Assembly: GCA_043228905.1 (NCBI GenBank)
Contig: JBHGNT010000012.1
Coordinates: forward strand, 2,294,001-2,358,000
Length of the DNA stretch: 64,000 nucleotides
Direction: 5' to 3'
DNA from: Azolla caroliniana
Lineage: Eukaryota; Plantae; Polypodiophyta
Made by a program: the position numbers and the translations under genes. Positions 49,901-63,215 of this stretch are shown one piece after another. The number at the start of each line of letters is the position of its first letter. Positions within the stretch are counted from its first letter, which is position 1. Below the pieces are notes generated by a model. The model was not told the DNA's origin. It saw nothing but the letters and a program-made list of their open reading frames with translations, and did not search any database.

Positions 49901-52350
49901 CAAATCCTCTAATATATGTGTGCGTATCAATGCACTAAAATCGACACAAGTACTTAGTAACACGTAGAAATGAAAATAAAGTGAGAGAATCAATCTCCAT
50001 GCATTTGTAGAGATCTTGATAGAGATGGAGGAGTCCAAACTAGAATAAGGTCATGAAGGAGCTAGAAAGAGAAATATGTTAGATTGTAATCTCTACAATC
50101 TACATGTTCGAGATTAATCTAGAATTTACACGTTTACAAAATCGAAGTGAGGTAGTATACCCATCCTTCACATCATGGAAAGCACTATTTGCTACATTGG
50201 TCATCGATTAGTGGCCAACCCAAACGGTATTATTCAAGTAGCTTTTAAAGTGGTAATAAAATAAACAAATCACTTTATAATGTCTAGATGGTCCAATAAA
50301 TAAAGTTGTAGCCTAGTAAAGTTCTAGAAGACAAGCCCTTAGCGTGGGATGCTACCTTCCACACAATATCTTCTAAATCTATTTCAAAAGAAAATTTTAT
50401 GCTCAAAAAGTCAAGATTGTTTTTCAAGGGCCCTTTGTATGTGAAGAGGGGCTTATTGTAGACTTTGGTCTTAGTGCCTCATAAATTAAGGAAGAACAAT
50501 ATAATGCCCAAAGGGGTTTTCAATCAAGGACTAACACTCCTTATTGCATCATAGTGCACGTCTTAATGTTAAGGGACACTAAAAAGGGGGAAGGGGTTTG
50601 GATCAATGTCTCATTCCCTGTAATGGAGGTGTATTTCCCTCCATAACTTCTAAAGGGAATAAACTTAGTGCCCTATAAAGAAAGATAGGAGGGTTACTGT
50701 AATGGAGAGGATTGGTTTTCAAATTTCGATCAAAGTTTACTATCATTCATCGCATTATAGTGTCCCTCTTAAGAGGCAATGCCCTCTTAAGGTTAGGAGG
50801 GATAATATAACATGAGGAGGGCCTTTGAATGAATGTTGCATGCCCATTGTGACACAAGCGTTCATCCTAACTTTAATCGGCACTTTGCCCAATATATAAC
50901 TTTGGGATTTAGTGCCCTTTTAAAGCTAGAAGGGACAATATAAAGCAATGAATTTTCTTTTTCTTTTTGCTCTTGACCTCCAATTTAGGAGTTTTCAGAT
51001 TGAAAAATAAGGATATGAGTCAAGCTCTACAAGGTATAGTTTAGTTTCACATATTATTACATGGTCTACAAATTGAAAAAATCATATATTTGTTATTTGT
51101 TATTTAAGTAAATCATTTGAATAATTCATACTTAAATCAATATTGTATGCGTGATGTAAGCCACGTCGAGCACTTTGAATGACCCAAGGGGTAATGTAAT
51201 GTGTGATGTCCTTCCAAAAATCATCATTTGCTTAAAACTATCCTATTGTATAGCCAAGGTGTAGTGGAAGTACATATAGGTAAACCCATAGCGGTATGTT
51301 GGTAGCCTAATAACTTACCGTTAAGGTAAGCTCATTATGGAGACATAGAGGGAGAGCATACAAACAAAACCTAAGCTTATCATATTGAATATATTATATA
51401 CATATGGGGCTAAGTGTATCTTTAGTTTCGACAAACACCTCATCTTCTTATGTTGTTGATAAGAGAAAGTGGGAAGATGTGTTATCTAGGGTCATTCCAG
51501 GTGTTAAATGTAGCTAATATCACCAAGACAATCAAGCAAGAACGATTTAAATGCCTTTCTTAAGAGCAATAATCAAATATGTGGATTTTTTTTTTTTAAT
51601 GGATGATCTAAGAGTATGTGAAACTAAACTAGAAACTATGCTTGATATAGTAAAGTTGTTTATTATGAGTGACACAATAATGTGGTAATGGGCCCACTTG
51701 GAACTTCGTCTACAACCCCTCGTGTTATAAGGCCTTTTCTAACTTTATGATGTCCTACCTCATTTTATGGGGCACAAAACCCAATGCCTATATTGGACTA
51801 AGTGTCGCTTAAAGTTAGGCGGGACAAAAGCGGGCCAAATTTTCGGTGTTGCGCATCTTGTTGCTAAACAAAATGAGAGGCAAGACCAAGTTACATATCT
51901 CTCTATGCACATTCAATGCACCCCTTGGGATGGATAGACCGACAAGGATGTATCGTTGACCAAATGTGTACTATGATAACGTGAGAATTTGGAATGTGTA
52001 AGAAATCAGTTTTTGTTGGCTATCATAATTACATATGGTTTTTAACGTCTCTCTAGGAATGTAAATTAACAAGTTAACGGGTTAAAAGGTTATCATGTAA
52101 CAATCATAGGACCGTAAGTACTTATTTGTATCGAGTTTAATTTAGAAACTAGTCGTTTAAAATTTATTCATTAAAACTTGACCGTGTTTAAATAGCTCAC
52201 AATCCCTAAGTTTTAAGTTTCAACTTTTAACTTTTGAGTCTACCATTGAATCTACTAATGGTAGAAAAAAGAAATTCTATTAAAGATTTTTATTAGAATT
52301 GTTGTGTACTTTTAATGATGAATGTCACTTATTTTATATTTATGTGGGGC

Positions 52351-52614
52351 AGACAAGGGTTATTACATTAAGAGACTTTACAAGACAAAGTTATTCTTTA
52401 ATTACATATTTCTCATTTAAGTTGGGAGTGGAAACTCAAATGTTGTTTGTCCATACTCAAAATGTTGATTAATGGTATAAAGTCTAGACAAGGCTTATTA
52501 CAATAAAATACTTCATTTAATCAAAGTTGTTCTTTAATTACATATTCTTCATTTTGGTTTGGAGTGGAGATTCAAATATTGTTTGTCCATACTCAAAATG
52601 TTGATGAATGGTAT
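52351..52614. repeat. 135-bp tandem duplication
   Basis: AGACAAGG...TTGTTTGTCCATACTCAAAATGTTGAT.AATGGTAT occurs at 52351 and 52486. Confidence 0.85.
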
Positions 52615-53697
52615 GTGCTACATCTAATATTAGAGACTTGAACCTACCTACACGAATAGACTAGAGGCTCTCCCAAACATAATACAAAACAACTCTTTCT
52701 CTCTTATTATTTACAAGTTGAGATGGGCCATAGGTGATGCATATTGTTTCTTGAAGAAGTTTGTGATTCTAAGTATCACACTTTGATACGATCCCCATCT
52801 TCGACAACATTCCTGTTTACCTTTTTGAACATTGTCAAGTTGGTCCAATCTCTACATATTTTTCTCTCATAATAACAATGTGGACTTTCAATTGCAAAGT
52901 TTGTTAGAAACATTCTTGAACATCGAATAATGCTACACAACTCCACACACTATAGCTCATAAGTCATGTTTGACCTTTGAGGATGACGATAAAATCTCCT
53001 CCATCTCCTCCTAGGACCATTGCACAACGCCATAGAATTAAACAACCTAAAACTGTTTGGGTCTCTATCTCATGGAATCTCATAGGACACGTTCAACCAT
53101 ATCGAAAGATAGTGTACTTTCACACCATTGGTAAGTGCAAAGTCTTGTATGCTCCATCCCAATCCCAAATAGAAAACATGGGAGGCAGAATTTCTATAGA
53201 AGTACTACTTTCGAAGGACTTGGAAGTAAGAGATGCCCCAAACCACTTTGAAGAAGAATGCAATAGTCTCTCCACAAAGATAAAGAGTCATTGTTGGGAA
53301 ACATGGACAACATGAGTCAAGACTCCTTAAGCACATTAACACCATCAAGATACTCTGTCCTATGGCTTTAGGATGGGTCAACATAGGAAGATTTACTTTC
53401 TCATGTATGTTTGGTGTCTGTTAAATTTTATTTCTTGAACAAGCGAAGAAACTATACAAAGCAAATTGTTTTGCGACCATTGGCTCTACATTGGCTTTTT
53501 TAGAGATATAGTTTGTCTTCTCTCTATTCATAGATATGATTGAACCAATTCTCCATGTCTTGATTGATTGCCAAAATAAACTAACAAGCATAACCAAGAT
53601 GTTTATACACTTTCTCATTCCCAGTCCTTTAGCTAGGGAGTGTTCCTAGTTAAATATAAGCATAAAAAAACTCTACCTACTTTAAGGAAAAGGGAAG

Positions 53698-53770
53698 AAC
53701 ATGTAAACCTTTTCACAATTGAATCCAAGGGAGGTTTCCTTGGATTCAATTGTGAAAAGGTTGACATGTT
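53698..53770. repeat. Near-perfect inverted repeat: 33-bp arms, 1 mismatch, 7-nt loop
   Basis: AACATGTAAACCTTTTCACAATTGAATCCAAGG-gaggttt-CCTTGGATTCAATTGTGAAAAGGTTGACATGTT. Confidence 0.95.
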
Positions 53771-54664
53771 AGAGAGTGGGCTCGTATGATTGCTTGTGGG
53801 CTTCTAAGAGTTACTTTCATTAGCCACCACAACACTTGGCACATCCAAGCAGTCATGAACACATCTTCTATCCTGTGTCCACGTAATATTAAGATGAGAC
53901 AATGGATACTTCTGAGAGAAGTTGGCGAATAATGTTATTTATATTTTTTATCCTTATTTTTATTTGTCAAATTAACACAAGATCTTGACTATAAGGATGG
54001 TTAATTGCATGTATTATATCACATATTATATTGATTCCATTATATCTTTTAAACCAAGGTATCATCGCTTCCATTTTCCATTGTGAACAAGTGGGGAAAG
54101 TTCATCTTAATATTCCTCCATAAGGGCATTGTTCTTGATTAGAAGCTCATGAATGCTGCAAAAATTGATGTTTTTACCTTGCGATTTCCTTGATTTCCTC
54201 CTCCCAATAGGTTCACCCCTTTTTCCATCAGATCACGTTGAGGTCAAGTACTATTGTTGGTGGTGTTAAAGTGTGTGAATGAGCATGCTCTACCTTTTTC
54301 CATGAGGTTAGATCAAGATCATCACACTTTTTCAAATATTTTCCAAGAAACTTGGGTGATGTTTTGATTACCCAACAAAAAATTTGGTCCACACCCATTC
54401 CAACACCACCATATTCTCATAAAGCTCCTCCTTGCGTCACTTGAAACTGTTGTCACGAACATAAGTGAAAACTAATGTAATTCACAAGAATTATAATTAA
54501 ATATGTAAAGTGACTTTTGCTCAACTATACAAGAAAATGGATAAATGATAAAGAGATAATGCATTATATGATGAGGATTTGCTATTAGAAAGATCTAATG
54601 GTTGGGCAAGGCATAAGATAACCATAAAAGGGCTCAAGTTTGGTGTTGAACAAGACTAGATTAA

Positions 54665-57600
54665 TGTTGAGCGAGCAAGCTCAACGTGGGCTAGATCGGC
54701 TGAATAAGTTGAGAGCCGGATTAGATGAAGACCGATCGGCTAGGCACAGATCGGATCGTTGAGCCGGATCCATGAGAGCCGATCGGCCGTTAGAGGCCTA
54801 CGAGCCTAGTCTAGTAGACAGTCATATTTTTGGGAGTTAGTGTCAGTAGCTCAGTTATTAGCATTGAAGTACTTGGCAATACTTCTGACCATCCTTTAAG
54901 GCCTTGTATAAAAGTGCTCTCTGAGCACATGGTATGTACATAGTGTTATTTTGAATTTGAGTTTGACTGTGTTTAACTCTCTTTGTCTCTCCTGCGTACT
55001 CTGTGTGTTCTTCCATTGTTTTCTTTGCGAGTCCTGTTGTTGTTTGGCTGAGTCAGTTCAGTTCAGTTTTAGCTTTCGCATCTTAATCATTTACATGATA
55101 TTAGAGCGTGTCCTCTGCTGCCGACAAACATTCAACATAGACAAACCCTAACACCCCGGTCAGAATAGACAAGAAGAAGAAAATGGACAGAAGCATGGCA
55201 AGCTCACTTCTGACGGAGAAGCTCGATCAGAGCAACTATGCATCCTGGTCTTATAAGATGCACTTGTATCTTCTTGGACACAGATACTGGAGTTATGTGG
55301 AAGGAGCGAGCGAAGTATCGCCGGATTCAACACACAAGGATTTTCCGGTGTGGGAGCAAGCAACAAGCAAAGTCTTGTATTGTCTTGCATCCTGTGTGCA
55401 CGATCAGATGCTGGGCTACATTCGGGATGCAAAGACACCAAAGGAGGCTTGGGAAAATCTAAAGAAGATTTTCGCCGCAAGTACCCCGACCTAGAAGTTG
55501 TAGCTCCGGCAAGGGCTCAACAATATCTGATAACGGGATATTTCGGTGATCGACTACATCACCAAAATAAAGGAAATCTATGATGCATTGGCCTAGGTCC
55601 ATCAATGTGATGGTGGATGAAGATGAAATGGTACAGATTTGCCCCGGTGGTCTAGCGCAAAGGTACGGGCTGATCCGGACGATGATTTGCAGAAGGGAGA
55701 AGCCATGGTCATTCTTTGACCTACAATCGATGCTTTTGGTCGAAGAAAACCACGCGGGTGCATCCAGGAGCACGCAATCCGATAGCCGGATGTTGTACAC
55801 AGAGGCGGATTGGCCCCGTAGTCGTGGCAGACGAGGTGGATCGACACACAATGGTGGTGGCTGACAAGAGCAGAGTAAAAAGCATAATCGACATGCCAAC
55901 AATAGTTCCAAACCCTCCACGAGCAAGGGGAGTCAAGGCAGCGCCGGAAATCGGCAATGGAAAGCCAAGACAAAATGCTAGTATTGTGGCCGGAAGGGTT
56001 GACATCGAGAAAGTGAGTGCTCGAAGAAGAAAGCCGATTCAGAAAAATTCAGATCCCATAGAGCGGAACAAGGGAATCTGCAGCGTTCGCACTACCCCCA
56101 AGGATTGGAAGGATCCGGAACCGGAAAGGACCCAACCTTGTGATGAAGCACAAGGCAAATTCGATGAAGAAGAGCACCTCAAAACTGAACAAGGTGTGGT
56201 ATGTCGACTCCGGAGCGTCGAATCATATGATGAGCCATGAAGAGTGGTTCTTATATCTAGAGAAACTGGAGCAACCGAGAGTCACCGAAACTGGTGACGA
56301 CACCTTGCATCAGATCGAACATGTCGGCGATGTCCCCTTAAGTCATGTCGGACAGAAGGGGAGACTTATGAACGTACTGCACGTCCCAACAATAACGAAA
56401 AATTTGGTGTCTGTCGGATAGATTGTCAACCAAGGGATGCAGGTCCGGTTCACACATCTCGGGTGCTTCATCACGCAAGGGCACCCAGAATCATCACGCA
56501 AGGGCACCCGGAAGGGAGGATGTTTATCCTCAACATGAATGACGTCGACACCACTTTGTTCGCCAAAGGACAAAAAGTCGAGTTGGACATTGATTTATGA
56601 CATAAGCGGATCGACCACGTCAACTACCAAAGTCTTCAAGAATTGCAAATGAAACAAGTTGTGTTTAGTTTGCCGAAATTTAGTGGCTAGAAGGCCCAAG
56701 TTTGTGAAGCCTGCCAGCTAGGGAAGTAACACCGATTTCCATTCCCCAATGAGTGTAATCGGAGCCAGAACAAGCCGACTTGATACATTCGGATGTATGG
56801 GGACCGACACAGAATGTTACTTTAGGCGAGAGTCGATACTTCGTCTCATTCATCGACGACTACAGTAGGCACATGTGGATCTACCTGATTGAAAAGAAGA
56901 GTGAATTCTTCGACTGTTTCTGGAATCTAAAAAGCTTAATGGAGAGGGTTAATGGAGAGGGAAACAGAACGAAAGATCAAGTGCATGCGGTCGGATGGTG
57001 GGAAATAATACTTTTCCGGCCAATTCAGTTGTTATCTACAACAGATGGGAATTCAGCGAGAATTCAGTTGTAGATATATGCTGGAGCAAAAAGGAGTAGC
57101 CGAACGAAAGAATTGGTCGGTTGTCGAAGCGGCATGGGCAATGCTGGAGGAGAAGAGAATCCCTAAGTTTTATTGGGCCGAAGCGATTTGAACAATGGTC
57201 TACATCTAGAATCAGATCAGAGAGAAGGTGTCGGCATAGGAGTTGTATTTCGGGCGAAAGTGGAACTTGAGGATATTCGGTAGCATTGCACATGTGCATG
57301 TGTCGGATGAGAAGAGGAAGAAGTTGGATGCGAAATAAAAAAAGTGCATATTGGTCAGTTACTCACAGGAACAAAAGGGGTATAAGTGTTCTAACCCCTC
57401 GGACCAAACAAGTTTGAGTCAACTGAGATGTCGTGTTAGTCGGCGTCCTGGTACTCCCTTCTGACCCCTGACAACTCCGACCTCCCGATTACTGAGAATC
57501 AGGCTAGTGAGCCCGATATGATTTAGGAAGAAGATATCGGCACTCAAGAGGAGAGTATGATTTTATTCCGGTTGAGTGGCCCAAATGAAGAGTTGATTCG

Positions 57601-58196
57601 GGATGATCAGCAGAATGAAGAGTCGGCGAGCAGTGATGACTCGGCCGTGCACTCCTCGCGCAAGGAACCGACAAGACGATATACGCGAAAGGAAAAGGGG
57701 AAGATGAAGATGCCGGAGTATGACACAGATAAAGCAACGTTAGATCGGGGAGAACCCGATACCAAGTAGAGCGAAGACAGACCTCAAGAGCTGAGGCCGG
57801 ATGCGGCCAAGAGGGCCCTCAAATCAGCGAATGAGAACCTCCATCAATCGACTTGCCACAAGAAGCCGGTAATCCGGTATGGTTATAACGAGTACATGGT
57901 GCACCATTATGTGTACATGACGAAGGTGGTGGAAGTCCGCGAGCCTGAGTGCTATGCGGAGGCATCACAGGATGGCAAATGGCGTTCAGCCATGGAGGAA
58001 GAAATGTGGGCACTTGATGCCAACGACACATGGGACTTGGTTGACCCTCCCTGACATTGCAAACTGATCGGTTGTAAATGGGTATATAAGGTGAAATATA
58101 ACACTAACGGCTTGTTCAATCGGTACAAGGCTTGATTGGTGGCCAAGGGATATGCGCAGACCCACGGAATCGATTACGACAAGACCTTCGCACCGG
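54665..58196 (+). mobile_element. Decayed Ty1/copia element 'C': 5' LTR, gag, PR, IN and start of RT; interrupted at 58197
   Basis: LTR ~54665-55095 (TGTTGAG...TTTACA). Degenerate PBS TGATATTAGAGC at 55096-55107. gag EKLDQSNYASWSYKM; PR WYVDSGASNHM; IN IHSDVWGP. RT breaks abruptly after GIDYDKTFAP. Confidence 0.9.
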
Positions 58197-60230
58197 TGTC
58201 ATTAAGATTTTCGGCAATAGTGTGAAAATCGTGTGGAATAGACAAAATCGAGAAGGTGTAATGTGCACGTGTGCTCAAACATTTGTAAATATAAGACTAA
58301 AACCTAGTACTATAAGACTAAAAAATAAATAAAAGGTTCATTAATTCCCTTCTTTTTATTCTCTTGACATTAGAAAGGGGACCTCACACTAATAATATTT
58401 TTATATAATAGATGTAAATATATATATTTTTTAAAATAATAAATAATAAATAAATAAACGAATGGTTATGTAATATTCTTGGGGTCATTTTGTATTCTTG
58501 AATATTACGGATGTCAAATACTACGAATATCACACATGGGTCAATCTATGGCTACTATTAAGTGCTTCAAATTTTGTACATTTTCTTTTTCATATTCAGT
58601 ATTCCATAGGAAACAAACACATAAAAAACCATGTGCACAAACCCATGGTTTTAGCCTATGGTTTTACATGGAGAGATCTATAAAAGCCTTTAATTGGGCT
58701 TGGGGGGCCAAGCTATCTATTGAATGAAGAAACTTTTAATAAAAAAATGTAGTTATCTTATTGGTGATGTATCTTGTCTCTCAAATATGAAGTCAAGGGT
58801 TCAATCTCTCTCTCTCCCTCTCAAACTGTCTCATAGTTGGAATCTTTCCAACTCCGTCTCTCAATCTCTCTCTCTCTTTTCTCTTGAGTACTTTCTCGCT
58901 TACACTAGTACAAACTTCGAATCCTTCCGGTTCAGGACCTCTGTGGTCCCGCTTCATTTCGTGAACACGCAAGGATTTCCTTGACATCTTTTTTGGTGAA
59001 CCCGACGTGAAAGAAGCAGTAGGAAGGATCAAGACGAGGATCGACCGATACTTGGAGATGGCATCCTCAAGCAATCAAGCGGGAGAGTTTGAAAGGATGA
59101 TGGTAATCGTTGAACAAATGATGAGATCTCGGGACAATGATGCGAGCGTGGTGAAGGCTGTCGACCATGTCGTGGAGATCGAGGGTCAATTTGATGGAAG
59201 GAACATTACGAAGTTCCTTGATGCATACAAAAGGGAGATGAATCAGAGGGACTTGTCTGAAGCACGTCAAATCTCAAGTTTCAAGAGAGTTGTCGCCAAC
59301 AACATCCAAAGGTGGGTCATCGAGCTTTAAGAAGGGAAGACAACATGGTCCAAGTTCGAGAAAGCAATATTAGCGGAGTTTGCGATGGAAGATTTGTTGA
59401 GGATGACTCGACATGTTTGGATGAAGTGGATAGAGAAGAAAAATGAGAAGATGAGCGTCTCGAGGGTATACATCGAGTTTGACCAGATGTTTAATCGTCT
59501 CCCCGCCACAGATCAACTACTGCTTGAGGAGGACAAGACTTTGTACTTCCTAAAAGCTGTGGATATGAAGGATAGACGAGAATTGGGGACTCTCCTCGAA
59601 AATGATACCCAAGCGAACGGGCTTGCGATAGACTAGATTGCAGTGAAGCGAGCGTGCAACAGGCTCGACAATCAATGTCAATGGGTTGATCACACGGACT
59701 AGGTAGGATTGAGCGGGGAGAAAACGAGATAACCAAAAGTGGTTGAACCACCCAAACAAAGTAACCTGGAAGAAAAGAAGATTGATGATGACATCATTGA
59801 AGAACTGGTGAAGAAGTTCGAGATGGTCTTGTTAGCGAACATGAATCATTGGGGCCCGAAAGGAAAAGAACCCTTTATATGTGTGCGGTGCGACAACATG
59901 GACCATATGAGAAGGGATTGTGCGAGCCTTCGAAAGGCCATTCGACAAAATATCGTATACATGGATGGCAACATGATCTACGCGAATGAAACCAAAAGAC
60001 CCCTTGCGGGTGAATTTTGGAAGAGGGGGAATGAAGAAAGCTATGGAAGATGCCGAGGCGACCCATGTGGATGCGATGCACTATGCTCGGGAAAGATAAA
60101 TATGAAGCTGCTAGAACGGGAACAAAGTTTTGGTCTTCTGTTCTCGAGTGTAAGAAAATGGGCAAAGTTACTTCGGACGATGTAGAGCTTGCAGACCGAA
60201 GTGTACAAAGTATAATTGGATGGTTGGATA
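58197..60230 (+). mobile_element. 5' part of a Ty3/gypsy-like LTR element with a tRNA-Trp PBS, inserted in the RT of C
   Basis: Putative LTR 58197-58986 (TGTCA...TGACA; TATAAAA at ~58679, then a CT-rich leader). PBS TGGTGAACCCGACGTGAA at 58994-59011. Decayed non-copia gag (FDGRNITKFLDAYKREM; CVRCDNMDHMRRDC knuckle). The gypsy assignment is inferred because pol is not in the window. Confidence 0.75.
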
Positions 60231-62849
60231 TGTTGAGAAACAAGCTCAACAAAAGGTATGTGATGCTTATTGAGAAGTAAGATCTTCTATAGTAGTTATT
60301 AGGAAATTAGCTACTAGTGGACATATAAGTAAAACAACTATTTAACTACTCACAACTATTTAGCTATTCACAACTATTTAGCTAGTAATAGCTAATTAGC
60401 TACTCACAACTAATTAGTTGCATATATAAGTCACTTATAACTTAGGTAAAAAATGTAAGAGAGGAGTTCTAAGAGTAGAGAACAAGAAAACATAAACCTA
60501 ATGAGAGCGAGTTGAGCTCTGTGTGTAATGAAATAGAAGAAGCCTTTTGGTTTGCTACATAGAGGTAAGTCTCCTTCCCTTTACTTTTCTGTCTTGAGCA
60601 CTAAACGATCCAGCACATCACGATCCGTTGTACACAAAGAAGGGCCGGAGCGCCTTCGTAACATGGTATCAGAGCAGAGTTGCTCGCAAAGAAGATTAGA
60701 GTAGTACAGAAATGAGAAGTTTTGTTCTAGTTGTTGATCTGAATTAGAGAGTTGTCTGTGAAGTTAATCGTAGCAAAAGCCCTAATTAAAAGAGAGAATG
60801 ACTGCTGAGAATGGAAGCCAAAAGTTGGATAAAAACAATTTCCCAGCGTGGAAATTCAGAACGACAAATTTCCTGATGGGAAAAGGATACTGGAATTACA
60901 TTGAAGGAGACCTAGAAGATGCTTCGGAGATCCCTTAAGAAAATGCAACTACTGCACAAATTAAAGCATTTAAGGAATGAAATCAAGGGGCAAGGAAAGT
61001 ATTGCATTGGTTGTCACTTAACATCTTAGATTCGATGCTTGGACACATACAAGATGCTTTGCTTCCAAAAGAAGCTTGGGACAGTTTAGTAAAATAGCTT
61101 GTAGTAAACACAAAGGCTAGAAAGCTTTAGTTGAAGACTGAGCTAAATACCTTGGAAAAGGTAAGATGTTAGCGAATGAGTATGATCTGAAAATAAAGAG
61201 CATATGTGAATCACTTGCTTCCATTAATGTGAAGGTAGAAGATGATGATAAGGTGGAAATAAGCTTAAGAGGCTTAGGACCTCAATATAAAAGCTTCAAA
61301 ACATATATTCTCACAAGAGATAGCATCCCAAGCTTTCCAGATCTGGTTTCAATGCTTGTCGTGGAAGAAAGAAATAAGATGGATGATGTAAACAAAGGAA
61401 ACTTTGAGAGTGAGGGGCAAGCCCTCTACAATAGTGCTGGAAGAGGCTGAGGAAGAGGCCATGGAAGATTTGGTTCAGTTAGAACCAACAACAATTATCA
61501 AGGAAGAGGACAATAGGCTGTAAGTGGAAGAAACAATATCAGAGGCAGGGGGAGCAATCGAGGTAGAGGTAAGCAAACTTATTTGAATGATGATGGTTGT
61601 TGGTATTGTGGAAAACTAGGCTATACACAGACTGAATGATATAAAAAGCAAAATGATGAAAAAAGAGGGAAGAGACAACAAAATAACTATGCTTCAACTA
61701 GTGAAGACTGTGATAAAGATGGTGCATTTGTGATGCAACATGAAACAACAACAATGGCTGAATGTTCACAAAGATGCAATGAAGATTATATGTGGTATGT
61801 AGATTCTGGGGCGTCTAATCATATGACAGGACATGCAAATTGGTTTGAAAGTCTAAGAGAACTAGAGGTTCCTGGTTATGTACAGACAGGTGATAACACC
61901 ACTCACACAATTGAGCATGTTGGAGATATCCCATTGTGGGAAGAAAAAGGAAAAACAAAGTATACGCTGAATGTGATGCATGTTCCAAACCTTGCAAAAA
62001 ATTTGATCTCTGTTGGACAGATAGTAGAGCAAGGAATGCAAGTTAAGTTTAAGCAAAGTGGATGCTTTATAGAGAAACAGGGAAAGCTTATTGCATAAGG
62101 AAAACGACAAGGAAGGATGTTTGTGTTAGATGTGGATATGCCTAAAAAGATTACAACCATGTTCGCAGAAGGAATGAGTGTAATCTCAGATGTAGAAATG
62201 TGGCATAAAAGAATCGGTCACATAAAAGAATGTGGAAATGTTGAGGAAAAATGCAGTGGTTGGACTGCCTAAGTTAAAAGATTGTGAGATGAGCAAAATA
62301 TGTGAAGCATGCCAATATGGAAAGCAAAACAGGTTACCTTTCCCTCATGAAAGTCATGTAAGCAAAAATTTGTTGGATTTGGTACATACAGATGTATGGG
62401 GACCAACAAAAAATGCATCAATTAGTGGATGTAAGTTTTATGTAACATTTATTGATGACTTCTCAAGGAAAACATGGGTTTACTTCATGAAAGAGAAAAG
62501 TGAAGTATTTGATTGCTTCCGTAAGTTTAAATGCATGGTAGAAAAGTAGGCTGGAACTAGAATAAAATGTTTAAGATTTGATGGAGGAGAATATTTCTCA
62601 AATGAATTTTCTGATTTTTTATGTAATCAAGGAATAAAGAGACAATTTACATGTAGATGTACTCAGCAAAATGGAGTTGCTGAGAGAAAAAACAAAACTC
62701 TGGTGAACATAGCAAGAGCCATGATGACTGAAAAAAATATGCCATTGTATTACTGGGCAGAAGCTGTAAACACAACAAAATTTATTCTAAATAGATGTAT
62801 AACATCTGGAGTACATGAAATAACTCCTGACGAATGTTTCTATAGAAGG
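60231..62849 (+). mobile_element. Decayed Ty1/copia element 'D' (5' LTR, gag, PR, IN) inserted in the gypsy-like element
   Basis: LTR 60231-60663 (TGTTGAG...GTAACA). Perfect PBS TGGTATCAGAGC at 60664-60675. gag KLDKNNFPAWKF; PR WYVDSGASNHMT; IN CEACQYGKQ, VHTDVWGP, QQNGVAERKN. Confidence 0.92.
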
Positions 62850-63178
62850 TGTTGAGAATCAAGCTCAACCTAGTCTAGTGTGTGAACACACCTTTGAGAG
62901 TGTGCACTCAAAGGTCATAAGTCACCACTCTTATCTACACATTAACTATATGTCATAGAATCATATTCTATGACACATAACTAATGAGTTTTCACATTCC
63001 CCATGACCCATGAGCTTCGGTAGTTAATGAAGAGAGAGAGTGACTATATAAAGCACTCTCCTCCTACTTTGTAATTTGTTCGGTTAATCTCCTTTGTAAT
63101 ATACATCTTCTTGAGTATTCTATTGTTGTTCAAATCTATCTATCTTGTGTTTCCCTCTCACTCACTCACTCTCTCTCT

Positions 63179-63215
<37 letters not shown>

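Noticed and set aside
44500-53400. ORFs such as 47532-48059, 48635-48976 and 52977-53315, and possible decayed DNA-transposon or LINE fragments
   Set aside because: I could not verify any motifs, splice-consistent exon chains or termini. Probably old TE debris.
58994-59011. tRNA-Trp gene fragment
   Set aside because: Only an 18-nt complement including CCA, located next to an LTR end. It is a primer-binding site, not a tRNA gene.
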